A stretch of DNA of 64,000 nt, from the NCBI GenBank assembly GCA_965202805.1, contig OZ241869.1, forward strand, positions 2,368,001 to 2,432,000, read 5' to 3'. Shown piece by piece: positions 1-9,331 of the stretch. Position 1 is the first letter of the stretch. Every line of letters begins with the position of its first letter. The translations under genes and the position numbers were made by a program. The notes beneath the pieces are model-generated. The model ran no database searches, had not been told where the DNA came from, and saw only the letters and a list, made by a program, of their open reading frames with translations. Source of the stretch: Longimicrobiales bacterium. GTDB lineage: Bacteria; Gemmatimonadota; Gemmatimonadetes; Longimicrobiales; Gaopeijiaceae.

Positions 1-80
1 CCGAACTGGTCATGTGTTCACCGCGCCTTTCCGATGGTCGGGTTGGTTTGCGCCACCAGCCCCAACCTATATTGCTGCCC

Positions 81-1673
81 ATGAGCGGCGCACGGGATCG
101 GCGAGCCACGGCGGATGCCGGGCTGTGGAAGGGACTCAATCCCGGGATGGCGCTGGCCGCGAAGGGCGTGGTCCTGGTCTTCGTCCTCGCCACGGTCCGG
201 GACGTGGACGCCGCCGGCGCCGTCTTCGGCCGCATCCGCGACTGGATCGAGGGCACGCTCGACTGGTTCTACATCCTGACCGTCTGCGCCGCCGTGCTCA
301 CCTGCCTGTTCCTGGTGTGCAGCCGGTTCGGCAGGATCCGGCTCGGCGACGACGCGTCCGAACCCGAGTTCAGGACCTCCTCCTGGATCGCCATGCTGTT
401 CTCGGCGGGAATCGGGATCGGGGTGCTGTTCTTCTCGATCGCCGAACCGCTCTTCTATTTCGACACCAGCTCGGCTGCCGGCTACCCGAACAACCCATTT
501 GCCGACATGGCGGGCGCCGTGCTGCCGGACGAGCAGCGTGCCGTGCACGCGATGCGCGTCACCTACTTCCATTGGGGCATACACGGATGGGCCGCGTACG
601 TCGTCGTCGGGCTGTGTCTGGCCTACTTCGGATTCCGCAGGAAGCTGCCGCTGACGCTGCGCTCTGCTCTGTACCCCCTCATCGGCGATCGCATCTACGG
701 CCCGATCGGTGACCTGGTGGACCTGCTGGCCGTGTTCGGCGGGGTCTTCGGCATCGCGACCTCCCTGGGCCTCGGGGCAAGCCAGATGGCCACCGGACTC
801 AACGTTCTGTTCGACGTGGATCCGGGTGTCGTCACGCAGGTCGGGCTCATCGCCGCCATCTCGCTGGCGGCAACATTGTCGGCGGTATCCGGTGTGAGGC
901 GCGGGATCCGCATGCTGTCCGAGTGGAACATCGTACTGAGCATCCTCCTGCTGGGATGCTTCCTGTTTCTGGGCCCCTTCACGTGGCTCGTCCAATTCCT
1001 CGCCACCTCCATCGGCGCGTACCTGTGGCGTGTTGTGCCCATGGGATTCTGGATCGCCGACGCTCCCGATCAGGCGGCGTGGCAGAACGCCTGGACGATC
1101 TTCTACTGGGGATGGTGGATCTCCTGGGCGCCCTTCGTCGGCACGTTCATCGCCCGCATCTCCCGCGGGCGCACGCTGCGCGAGTTCATCCTGGGCGTGC
1201 TGTTCGTCCCGACCGGCCTGGGGCTGCTGTGGTTCGGGATTTTCGGCGGCAACGCCCTCCATCTGGAGCTCAACGCCGCGGGCGGCGTCGGCACGGCCGG
1301 GATCCTGGAACTGGTGCGGGCCGCGAACTACGAAGCCGCGCTCTACGCGACCATCGACCGCATGAGCGACGTCGGCTGGCTCACCTGGACCATGTCCGCC
1401 ATGGCCACCTTCCTGCTGGCGACGTGGTTCATTACGTCGTCGGATTCCGGCACCCTGGTCATCACCACCTTCCTGAGCATGGGCAACGCTCACCCCCCGC
1501 GGCGTTTCCGCATCGTCTGGGGGCTCGGCGTGGGGACGGTGGCCGCCGTGCTCCTGCTTGCCGACGGTCTCCAGGCCCTGCAGACCGCTGCCATCGCCGC
1601 CGCCCTGCCCGTGAGCGTCGTGCTGTTGTTCATGATCGCCGGACTGCTCAAGTCGCTGGCGCGGGATCCGTGA
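81..1673 (+). CDS. BCCT family (betaine/carnitine/choline) transporter
   Basis: Motifs SWIAMLFSAGIGIG, HWGIHGW, WTIFYWGWWISWAPFVGTFIARISRGRT and TSSDSG; many TM segments. ATG at 81 preferred over the ORF start at 12. Confidence 0.95.
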   Translation: MSGARDRRATADAGLWKGLNPGMALAAKGVVLVFVLATVRDVDAAGAVFGRIRDWIEGTLDWFYILTVCAAVLTCLFLVCSRFGRIRLGDDASEPEFRTSSWIAMLFSAGIGIGVLFFSIAEPLFYFDTSSAAGYPNNPFADMAGAVLPDEQRAVHAMRVTYFHWGIHGWAAYVVVGLCLAYFGFRRKLPLTLRSALYPLIGDRIYGPIGDLVDLLAVFGGVFGIATSLGLGASQMATGLNVLFDVDPGVVTQVGLIAAISLAATLSAVSGVRRGIRMLSEWNIVLSILLLGCFLFLGPFTWLVQFLATSIGAYLWRVVPMGFWIADAPDQAAWQNAWTIFYWGWWISWAPFVGTFIARISRGRTLREFILGVLFVPTGLGLLWFGIFGGNALHLELNAAGGVGTAGILELVRAANYEAALYATIDRMSDVGWLTWTMSAMATFLLATWFITSSDSGTLVITTFLSMGNAHPPRRFRIVWGLGVGTVAAVLLLADGLQALQTAAIAAALPVSVVLLFMIAGLLKSLARDP

Positions 1674-1736
1674 GGAGGTCGGATCGGAGGGGATGGAGTC
1701 GGATCGGTGGGGATCGGGTCGGATCGATTGAGCCCG

Positions 1737-1880
1737 CTTAGGAAAACTTTCTTCCTTGGCGGGATCTTAAAGAAAGTGAATGGCCGCAACTTTTCGTTAG
1801 ACGAACGAAGTGAGCGACGTTAGGAAGATCTCCTTTCCAACGAAGACGCTAACGAAAGCAAACGTCTTGAATCTTTCCTA
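1737..1880. promoter_or_regulatory. AT-rich promoter region with interleaved inverted repeats upstream of the Fic gene
   Basis: TTTCGTTAG (1792-1800) pairs with CTAACGAAA (1849-1857); TAGGAAGAT (1821-1829) pairs imperfectly with ATCTTTCCTA (1871-1880); further TTAGGAAA and TTAAAGAAAG copies. Confidence 0.5.
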
Positions 1881-1975
1881 CGGCGGCGCCATCTTGGGAT
1901 CCACCCCGTCGGTTCCACGTCCAGCGATGTCCCTGACGCGCCGACAGAGAAGTCGCTGGCCGATGCTCATGCAAC

Positions 1976-3145
1976 ATGCGTCGCGAATCCACAGGCACCT
2001 ATGAAGTGACCACCGGTGGCGGAGAGACCGTGCGGGCCTTCGTGCCCCACCCTCTCCCGCCCGTTCCGGAAGTTGATTTCCGCGAGGATCTCCGGCGTCC
2101 GCTCGAAGCCGCCACGGCCGCGCTGGGGCGGCTCGATGCGGTCACGGAACTGCTGCCCGATGCAACCGTCTTCGTGTACGGCTACGTGCGCAAGGAGGCC
2201 GTGCTGTCCTCTCAGATCGAAGGCATCCAATCCTCGCTGTCCGACCTGATGCTCCACGAGGCGGGCGGTGCGCCCGGCGCCCCGATCAGCGACGTACTGG
2301 AAACGTCGAACGCCGTGGCGGCCCTCGATCACGGCGTCGAGCGCCTGCGAGGCGGGTTCCCGCTTTCCAATCGCCTCATGCGGGAGATGCACGCCAAGCT
2401 GCTTGCGACCGGGCGCGGGGCGGCCATGATGCCGGGTGAGTTCCGGCGATCGCAGAACTGGATCGGTGGTTCGCGTCCGGGCAACGCGGCCTTCGTTCCG
2501 CCGCCGCCCAACCATGTCCAGGACTGCATGGCGGGGTTGGAGCGCTTCATCCACGCCACGGACGATGGATTTCCCGTCCTCGTCAAGGCCGGACTGGCGC
2601 ATGTGCAGTTCGAGACCATCCACCCGTTCCTCGACGGCAACGGCCGGCTGGGACGATTGCTGATCACGCTCATGCTGTGTGATGCCGGACTTCTCCGCGA
2701 GCCGCTTCTCTACCTCAGCCTGTACTTCAAGCGCAACCGGAGCACCTACTACCAGCTCCTCAACGACATCCGGCACACCGGAGACTGGGAAGCCTGGCTG
2801 CGCTTCTTCCTCGAGGGTGTGTGCGAGGTAGCGGAGGTAGCCTTCGCGACGGCTCGATGCGCCAGCGAGACGATCCGGGACGACCGGGCGCGAATCGGCC
2901 GGCTGGGACGGCGCGCGGGCTCGGCGCTGCGAGTGCACCAATCTCTCGTCGAACGCCCGATCGGGGGCATCGGCAATCTCGCGCGGCGAACCGGCCTCTC
3001 CGCGCCGACCGTAGCCGCCGTGCTCCGGCTTCTCGAAGAACTGGACATCGTGCGCGAGGTCACGGGTCGCCAGCGAGGCAAGATCTTCACCTATGAGCGG
3101 CATCTGGCCGTTCTGCGGGAAGGGATGGAGGATCCGCCGGGGTAG
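1976..3145 (+). CDS. Fic family protein (class II, with C-terminal HTH)
   Basis: Fic motif HPFLDGNGRLGR; N-terminal inhibitory motif SSQIEG; C-terminal HTH-like segment LSAPTVAAVLRLLEELDIV. Confidence 0.95.
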   Translation: MRRESTGTYEVTTGGGETVRAFVPHPLPPVPEVDFREDLRRPLEAATAALGRLDAVTELLPDATVFVYGYVRKEAVLSSQIEGIQSSLSDLMLHEAGGAPGAPISDVLETSNAVAALDHGVERLRGGFPLSNRLMREMHAKLLATGRGAAMMPGEFRRSQNWIGGSRPGNAAFVPPPPNHVQDCMAGLERFIHATDDGFPVLVKAGLAHVQFETIHPFLDGNGRLGRLLITLMLCDAGLLREPLLYLSLYFKRNRSTYYQLLNDIRHTGDWEAWLRFFLEGVCEVAEVAFATARCASETIRDDRARIGRLGRRAGSALRVHQSLVERPIGGIGNLARRTGLSAPTVAAVLRLLEELDIVREVTGRQRGKIFTYERHLAVLREGMEDPPG

Positions 3146-3195
3146 GGTGGGAGGAGGATTCGGGATTGGCTGTGACAGGACTTGATCCAGTGGGG

Positions 3196-4011
3196 ATGTA
3201 CCGCCCGACTCCCGGTGTTGCCGCGACGCTGCTGATCGGACTGGTGATCGGCGTGCTCTCCGCCGGGTGCAGGAGTCTCCCGAGCGATACCGGCGAGGCC
3301 ATGACCCTGCGCTTCGATTTCGATGAGGGACCTCAAGGGTTCGTCGAGGGCTTCGCCGACTATCCTCCCGCCCATGAGGAGATCTACTAGTTGACATCCG
3401 GGCACCGTGCCCTCCCCGCCCCTCTGGCGTCGCAGTCCGGGCTGTTCCTTTCCGGGGTCAACAGAAGCGACGACCTGTTCATGTACTTCAAGGGCCCCAT
3501 CGACGGCCTGACCCCCGGAGCGAGCTATGCCGTCGAGGTCAGCGTGGAAATCGCGACCAGTAGGCCGGGCGGTTGCATTGGCGTCGGAGGTGCGCCGGGC
3601 GAGAGCGTCTGGATCAAGGCCGGCGTGACCGCGGAAGAACCAGCCGCCGTCCTGGAAGGCTCCCACCTGCGCATGAACATCGACATTGGACGGCAATCCA
3701 ACGGCGGCACGCAGGCGGTGGTGCTCGGCAACGTGGCAAACTCGCGGCAGTGCGAGCAGTCCCGTGAATGGGAACTTAAGGCCCTGGAGAGCCAATCGAC
3801 ACCGGCAGGCACCTCGGTATCTGCCGACGGCCGCGCTTGGCTCCTGATCGGCGTCGATTCGGGATTCGAGAGCCGGACGGAGGTCTATTTCACACGCGCG
3901 GCGGTTACGTTGACGCCGAGTGCGGGGGGGGGGGTGATCGGGGTGGGGATTGCGCGGGTGGGAGGGAGCTTTAGACAAAAGTGGATCTACATGGGAGGAG
4001 TACCGAATTGA
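3196..4011 (+). pseudogene. Lipoprotein gene interrupted by an in-frame TAG at 3388-3390
   Basis: Lipobox LSAGC; ORFs 3166-3390 and 3391-4011 are in the same frame and separated only by TAG; G11 run at 3924-3934 near the 3' end. Confidence 0.7.
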
Positions 4012-4739
4012 TGAAGACCATTTCGTTCTCGATCACACAGGTCAATCGCCTGCGGCGGGCTGCGGCCAAGGCTAGGGAGATACTCCCCGAGGAGAACCAC
4101 TGGGAGGGAAGCGCTCCCCTCGCCACCGCCTGCGCCAACGACCTCCTGCGCGTCTTCGAAACACTTTGGCTCAAGCCAGGATTCGGCCTGCATGCGTACG
4201 CTTATCGGGGAGGCATCGGTGGTAACGGCGGGATATGGGCGGTGCCAGCCGATTCCTTACCCGTCGCGTCGGACGGGAGTACCAAGCTTGAAGGCGAGTG
4301 GATGCAGCGTCCGCCCGGGGCCGTCTCCCTAATGCAGGCAATAGAGGGCGACGGGAGTCCCTGGTCCTACCTGTCTGCATCCATCCTTTCCCGCGAGGCC
4401 GCTGAATTCGGGGCATGGTGGCACGGCTGCGATTGGACCGACCAGGCGATTATCGCCAGGATTCCGCGGAACGCCGAGGACCGGGACGCGCTGGGTGACT
4501 CGTGGGTGCTGGCCGGGGGCGCACCCGTCGGGAACTGGAAATGGTCCGCCCCAGTTCCTCGCACGTGGCAGCCGACCTACAGGGACACCGGAGCGACCAA
4601 GGAGGTCGGTCTGCACATCTACAATCCTGTAGGTGCCGAACACATCTACCGGGCCACAGACACCTATCCCGCTGGCACCTACCGTGGTACTACCGAGACC
4701 ACAGGGTTGTGCTGGGGCAAAGGGGGGTTCGTATACTAG
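4011..4739 (+). CDS. Hypothetical protein (Trp/Gly-rich)
   Basis: GGAGGAG RBS at 3994-4000; ATG at 4011 overlaps the upstream TGA (TGATG); protein-like composition. Confidence 0.7.
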   Translation: MKTISFSITQVNRLRRAAAKAREILPEENHWEGSAPLATACANDLLRVFETLWLKPGFGLHAYAYRGGIGGNGGIWAVPADSLPVASDGSTKLEGEWMQRPPGAVSLMQAIEGDGSPWSYLSASILSREAAEFGAWWHGCDWTDQAIIARIPRNAEDRDALGDSWVLAGGAPVGNWKWSAPVPRTWQPTYRDTGATKEVGLHIYNPVGAEHIYRATDTYPAGTYRGTTETTGLCWGKGGFVY

Positions 4740-4743
4740 CCGA

Positions 4744-5814
4744 TCATGCAGCTCTGTACGGAGCCGCCGACAATATTCTTCGCCAATCGTCCGACAACGG
4801 CCTCAGTTCCTTTGCTTGAACCCAGACCTGTCGCCCCTCCCGGTGTGCCCGGCCGTAGGCCCAGCGTGCGATCCGGCGAGTCGCGGGCCAATCGTGCAGG
4901 ACCTTGAGCCGATCGAAGCCCTCGTGCAGTTCATCCCGGCGGGTACGATTCCGCTCGGTCCATCGTTCGAGGTGTTCCTCTGCGGCTAGCACGTCCGATT
5001 TGCTCGAGTTGCACCCCTGGTGGGCCAGGACGAAGTTGTGGCCGAGGTCCAGCGAGTACAGCCTCCACGGGATGAAGTGGTCGACGTCCGCCCGCGACCT
5101 GAAGTCACGTTCGCAGTAGAAGCATCGGCCCCGCTGCACATTCCGGAGCAGGGGACGGTACGCGGCGAGGGAGCCGCGTCGGGACCCGAACAGGAACGAA
5201 CGCAGATCGACGACCTGGCCCAGGAGCCGCGGGTTGCGCCGCTGGACGAAGTGGGACCATGCGCCCTCGATAATGTCGGTGACCATCGGATAGAAGGCCC
5301 GAAAGCAGTAGGCGACTCCGGGTTCGAGCCGGACTACTCCCCCGGCATCGACGTTTTCGTACAGGAACTCCAGCCGTTCGGACCCGACGGTCTGCAACTT
5401 CCAGAGCGGCATCTTCCTTACGGTGTGCTCGACCTTGCGCCGCAGCTGGCCCCAGTCCCCAGCGCTCCTCTCGAGTTCAGCCAGGGAGCCTTGATACTGG
5501 TTGTGACGTTCAGCCAGTTCGCGCACGACCGCTGCCTGCCGGCCGGTGTTCTGGCTGAGGATCGCGGAGTCATCGCCCGCAACGAAGGGGGCGACCTGAG
5601 GCCAGTAGAGCCGGACGAACTGTTCCGCGATCTCGGAGGTGGATAGTTCCAGTTCAGCGCCACTTTCGTCGCCCTGGACCAGGCACAGGTCCGCGATGGC
5701 ATGGAGCAGCGCAAACTTGTAGCTGGAGACAAAACTGCCCTCATCCAGAAGCCGCTGAAGCGAACGAAGGAACGCAAGCTGTTCCTCGGCCGTGGGCGGT
5801 CTCGGCTCGTTCAT
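4744..5814 (-). CDS. HNH endonuclease with N-terminal SYKFALL domain
   Basis: CFYC...VDHFIPW...HNFVLAHQGCNSSK HNH signature; ATG at 5814 overlaps the upstream stop (ATGA). Confidence 0.9.
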   Translation of the reverse strand: MNEPRPPTAEEQLAFLRSLQRLLDEGSFVSSYKFALLHAIADLCLVQGDESGAELELSTSEIAEQFVRLYWPQVAPFVAGDDSAILSQNTGRQAAVVRELAERHNQYQGSLAELERSAGDWGQLRRKVEHTVRKMPLWKLQTVGSERLEFLYENVDAGGVVRLEPGVAYCFRAFYPMVTDIIEGAWSHFVQRRNPRLLGQVVDLRSFLFGSRRGSLAAYRPLLRNVQRGRCFYCERDFRSRADVDHFIPWRLYSLDLGHNFVLAHQGCNSSKSDVLAAEEHLERWTERNRTRRDELHEGFDRLKVLHDWPATRRIARWAYGRAHREGRQVWVQAKELRPLSDDWRRILSAAPYRAA

Positions 5815-7019
5815 TCGTCCCAATACGCGGCGCGCTCGGGGACGACCCAGCGAATGCCGCCTCTCGGATCCCCGACATCCCCGTGAGACCGGGGGATGAT
5901 GTGCACATGTGCATGCTCAACGGTCTGACCTGCCGCCGTCCCTTCGTTGAGCCCGACATTGAAGCCGTCGGGGTTGAACGCCGCCCGCAGCTCATTCCGC
6001 ACCTTGGCCACGAGATACCAGACGTCGGCCTGGATATCGGCGCTCTGGTCGAGTAACGTCGCCGCGTGCGCCCTAGGAATCACGAGGGTGTGGCCGCTGG
6101 TGACGGGATATCGGTCCCGGATGGCGAAGGCATGCCGCGACTCGGCCACTACCGATTCCTCGGGCAGGTGGCAGAAGGGACATTCGACCGGTGGGTCGGC
6201 ACCAACCGGCGAACTGGCGGCAGCCTCTCGGGTTTCTTCCGGCCACCAGATTCGTCCCTCGATGAGTTCCGTGCGGTCTTCGGCTGCGGTGAGAGTGGAG
6301 ATCTCATCCAGGTGGCGGCTCATGACCACGGCTGATACCGCTGCGTCGAAGGCGTCCTCGGAAGAGGCGGCCTTGCACGCGAGCCTGTAATCGATCTCGC
6401 AACATTTCTCAGCCAAGTACATCTGCCGAGCGTCGAAATCAGATTTGTTCACCGGGCCGGTGAGCAGCCGCGGATAGATTTCGATGACCAAGGGCGACGC
6501 TACCTCGTGAAAAGGCCAGATCGAAAAGCCTTCCTCGCGGAGGGTCGCCAAGTGCGGCATTCCGCGGATCGAGCCTGTGCCGACTGCGCCGGCGCCACCG
6601 ATCTGGAAGACGCTCTTGGGGCTCGAGCCCTTCGCCCTGGAAGCGTCCTCCGTGGCCCGAAAGTGCGTGGGCAGGTCTGGCTTGGGCCTTCGAGGTCTTC
6701 CCCAGAACGGGGGCGAGCAATCGCCCAGCCATTCCTCGCCCTGCTCGGCGACGAGCTTCCAAAGTTCTTCGATCGACTCCCTAACCCGTTGCTCCGCAAA
6801 CCAACTTGGGAAGGAGAACGCGAAGTCCAAGCCAATGACGACATTGGGATCCGCGGAGGCGTCATCGATCACATGTTGGACCACGTCGCCACGATCACGT
6901 CCCGACTCCAGACGTGCAAGCCGTCCGTCACGGACCTCGGCAAGCCAGATCTTGGACCGCGCGCCAGACTTCGCTCCGGACCAATCAATGGCGATAACGC
7001 GTTTCGTGGAAGTGAACAT
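5811..7019 (-). CDS. DUF429-like (RNase H-fold) domain fused to a HIT hydrolase domain
   Basis: N-terminal IAIDWSG, IGLDFAFSFP, EIYPRL, DAFDAAVSA; C-terminal CPFC, GHTLVIP, HAHVHIIPR (histidine triad) and DPRGGIRWV. Confidence 0.85.
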   Translation of the reverse strand: MFTSTKRVIAIDWSGAKSGARSKIWLAEVRDGRLARLESGRDRGDVVQHVIDDASADPNVVIGLDFAFSFPSWFAEQRVRESIEELWKLVAEQGEEWLGDCSPPFWGRPRRPKPDLPTHFRATEDASRAKGSSPKSVFQIGGAGAVGTGSIRGMPHLATLREEGFSIWPFHEVASPLVIEIYPRLLTGPVNKSDFDARQMYLAEKCCEIDYRLACKAASSEDAFDAAVSAVVMSRHLDEISTLTAAEDRTELIEGRIWWPEETREAAASSPVGADPPVECPFCHLPEESVVAESRHAFAIRDRYPVTSGHTLVIPRAHAATLLDQSADIQADVWYLVAKVRNELRAAFNPDGFNVGLNEGTAAGQTVEHAHVHIIPRSHGDVGDPRGGIRWVVPERAAYWDE

Positions 7020-7648
7020 CACCTTCCGAACAGTCGCCTCAGCTGAACGATAAGCCCGCCGGCTGGAGTCCCCTTCCCTCGGGCTTCCGGGCAGGAGCCG
7101 GGCAGCGGGATCAGGTGTTTCTTGTCAATCAGGTTCTCAAGGTGCGTGACCGCACAGCGCGCGACAGCAGCGTCCTCGAGCAATACTCCGAACTCAATGT
7201 TGGCATCCCAAGCCGCACGCGTGAGGTTGGCTGAGGTGATGAAGACTCGCTCATCGTCCGCGACAACCAACTTGGCATGCAACTGCCCACGATCACGGCG
7301 CGCGGGTCGCGGATCGTAGTAGACGCACGGACGCTTCGTACCCGGCCACCTCTTCCAGAAACGATCACTGAACTCACGCACCAGCTTCCGGGGCGCTCGG
7401 TCGTCGCGTTTGTACCGTGGCAGATTGAGAATCAGGTTTACTCTAAGTCCGGGCGTCGCGTCCAAGCGCTGCGCGACTCGGCCAAGGATATCGCGCCGGG
7501 ACTGCGCGAGATAGCTGGTTATCCAAAGGGATTGCTCGGCCGACGAGAACAGCTCCACGAAGATCCGTCGGGTATTGCCCCAAGCATCACTCTCTGGACC
7601 GGACCACACCAGGTGAAGTCGGCCTCCAGACTCCTCGTGTATGGTCAC
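7019..7648 (-). CDS. Phospholipase D-family nuclease (DrmC-like, single HKD)
   Basis: LHAKLVVADDERVFITSANLT...NIEFG motif; LVWSGPE N-terminus; AGGAG RBS upstream of the GTG start. Confidence 0.85.
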   Translation of the reverse strand: MTIHEESGGRLHLVWSGPESDAWGNTRRIFVELFSSAEQSLWITSYLAQSRRDILGRVAQRLDATPGLRVNLILNLPRYKRDDRAPRKLVREFSDRFWKRWPGTKRPCVYYDPRPARRDRGQLHAKLVVADDERVFITSANLTRAAWDANIEFGVLLEDAAVARCAVTHLENLIDKKHLIPLPGSCPEARGKGTPAGGLIVQLRRLFGR

Positions 7649-7673
7649 GTCATGACTCCTTCCCGCCTAGGCC

Positions 7674-7987
7674 CTAGGGTTGAGATTCCGAGGTACTCTC
7701 TTGGCCCTCGATCTGGTAGTCCAGGGCCAGCGTGTGCTTGCCGGCCTCATCCACGTGGATCTCCATGGTGCCCGACAGGCCCGCCAGCTCACCGGTCCCG
7801 GAGCCCGGCACCACATGGCCGCCGGTGCGCTGGCACGGCACATCAGCAGGCGTACACGGCCCTCTGCATCCAGCTCGCCATGGTAGCGTTTGGCGACTTG
7901 TGCTTCCGAGAAGAGCGGGCCTTCGCCTTCCTCACCGTTTGGCACGGCGTCCCAGCCGGTGATTTCGAAGTCGGAAACGATGTTCAT
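7674..7987 (-). pseudogene. DUF3224 family gene with internal deletion and frameshift
   Basis: N-terminal FEITGWD...KRYHGELD is in one frame and C-terminal VVPGSGTGELAGLSGTMEI...GKHTLALDY in another; the central part is missing. Confidence 0.7.
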
Positions 7988-8017
7988 GAAACGGAATCCT
8001 TGCTCGTGTTGCCGTCA

Positions 8018-8037
8018 GGTCCAAGTAGACTTGGACC
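8018..8037. promoter_or_regulatory. Perfect 9-bp inverted repeat (operator-like) in a divergent intergenic region
   Basis: GGTCCAAGT-AG-ACTTGGACC, followed by a -10-like TACAAT. Confidence 0.45.
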
Positions 8038-8128
8038 AAGTATCGTACAATGAGTCGCCTCGCAGGGAGCATCCGGGCGGACCGAAGCTGGCGGAGCGAC
8101 CTGTCGCTCGATGGGGAAGGAGGGTCTC

Positions 8129-8650
8129 ATGACGTGTGGGAAGAGGATGGTCGTGGTCGTCGGCGACATCACCAGGCTCGCGGTCGACGCGATTGTCAGC
8201 GCGGCGAACCGGTCGCTCCTGGTTGGTGGCGGGGTGGACGGCGCCATCCACGCGGCCGCCGGTCCGGGCCTGCTTGCGGAGTGCCGTGCCCTGAACGGAT
8301 GCGACACCGGTGACGCGAAGATCACCCGTGGCTACCGCTTGTCGGCGGACCACGTCATCCACACCGTCGGCCCCGTCTGGTCCGGTGGGGACCCGGACGA
8401 GGACGGACTCCTCGCAAGTTGCTATCGCCGGGCGCTGGAGGTGGCGGTAGAGAACGGGCTGCGGACGATCGCGTTTCCGGCGATCTCGACGGGGGTCTAC
8501 GGGTTTCCGGTTGAGCGAGCGGCGCGGATCGCGGTTCGTGAGGTTGCGAGCTTCCTGAGCGCCTCGCCCGGTATCGAGGAGGTCACCTTCTGCTGTTTCT
8601 CAGAGGATTCGGCGGAGGCACACCGGGCTGCGTTGGATGAACTTGGCTGA
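8129..8650 (+). CDS. Macro-domain O-acetyl-ADP-ribose deacetylase / ADP-ribosylhydrolase (YmdB-like)
   Basis: [46 protein letters not shown]. Confidence 0.93.
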   Translation: MTCGKRMVVVVGDITRLAVDAIVSAANRSLLVGGGVDGAIHAAAGPGLLAECRALNGCDTGDAKITRGYRLSADHVIHTVGPVWSGGDPDEDGLLASCYRRALEVAVENGLRTIAFPAISTGVYGFPVERAARIAVREVASFLSASPGIEEVTFCCFSEDSAEAHRAALDELG

Positions 8651-8652
8651 AG

Positions 8653-9009
8653 TCACCCCGTATTCCGGTCTCCCCCGTTTCGCCCACCAACCGCGCTACC
8701 GCGTCGCCCGAGGACATCGTCCGATGGGCGATAGGGCTCGACGCTGATCTCCCGATCGCGCAGCCGCGTGCGCGCGATGTCGTAGGACGCCTGCATCCGC
8801 ATGAGCGTGTCCATCTTCACGCCGAACGCCTTCTCGATCCGCAGCGCCATGATGCCGGACAGGTCCGAACGGCCATTCAGAAACGTGGAGAGCGCCGGGC
8901 GGGATACACCGAGTACCTGCGCCGCGGCAGCTACGGTGAGACCGTGGGGTTCGATTACCTCGGTCCTCACGAATGCACCGGGGTGAGGGGGGCTCAGCAT
9001 GCGCATCAT
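8653..9009 (-). CDS. higA: HigA family antitoxin (XRE HTH); no cognate toxin adjacent
   Basis: PPHPG...LTVAAAAQVLGVSRPALSTFLNG...MALRIEKAFGVKMDTLMRMQASYD. Confidence 0.9.
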   Translation of the reverse strand: MMRMLSPPHPGAFVRTEVIEPHGLTVAAAAQVLGVSRPALSTFLNGRSDLSGIMALRIEKAFGVKMDTLMRMQASYDIARTRLRDREISVEPYRPSDDVLGRRGSAVGGRNGGDRNTG

Positions 9010-9016
9010 GGCTCCC

Positions 9017-9150
9017 CTATCGATCTTCGAGGCCTAGTCGGCGGCGGAGTGCCTCAACATCCACCGGCTCTCTTCCCCCGCGTCCGCCCGAGCGATGGCC
9101 TCTCGCAGGCGCTCAGCATTCCTGGGCGAGCGAAGCAGGTAGTCGGTCTC
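9017..9150 (-). pseudogene. Frameshifted C-terminal fragment of a YefM-type antitoxin
   Basis: Translates ETDYLLRSPRNAERLREAIARADAGE, then after a frameshift EPVDVEALRRRLGLEDR*. Confidence 0.6.
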
Positions 9151-9199
9151 CGTCCGCGAACTGAGACTCGTCCGTCTCCGGTCCTTGCTCATCTGCTTT

Positions 9200-9331
9200 C
9201 CTGTCGATGGCATGCTGTGACCGCCAAGCCAGAACGCGCTCTTCTGCGGTGGCGGTTGTCTCTTCGAGGATCCCCTCCTCGGCCAGGTAGGCCTCGAACG
9301 ACGAGCCCACGCGACCCTTCTCTTTCGGCAT
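9200..9331 (-). pseudogene. N-terminal fragment of an XRE/HTH antitoxin
   Basis: MPKEKGRVGSSFEAYLAEEGILEETTATAEERVLAW fits the GSSFDDFLxEEGI antitoxin N-terminus; the HTH is missing; AAGGAGG RBS present. Confidence 0.6.

Noticed and set aside
7019..7648. Complete DISARM system
   Set aside because: Only a DrmC-like PLD is present; no drmA, drmB, drmD or methyltransferase.
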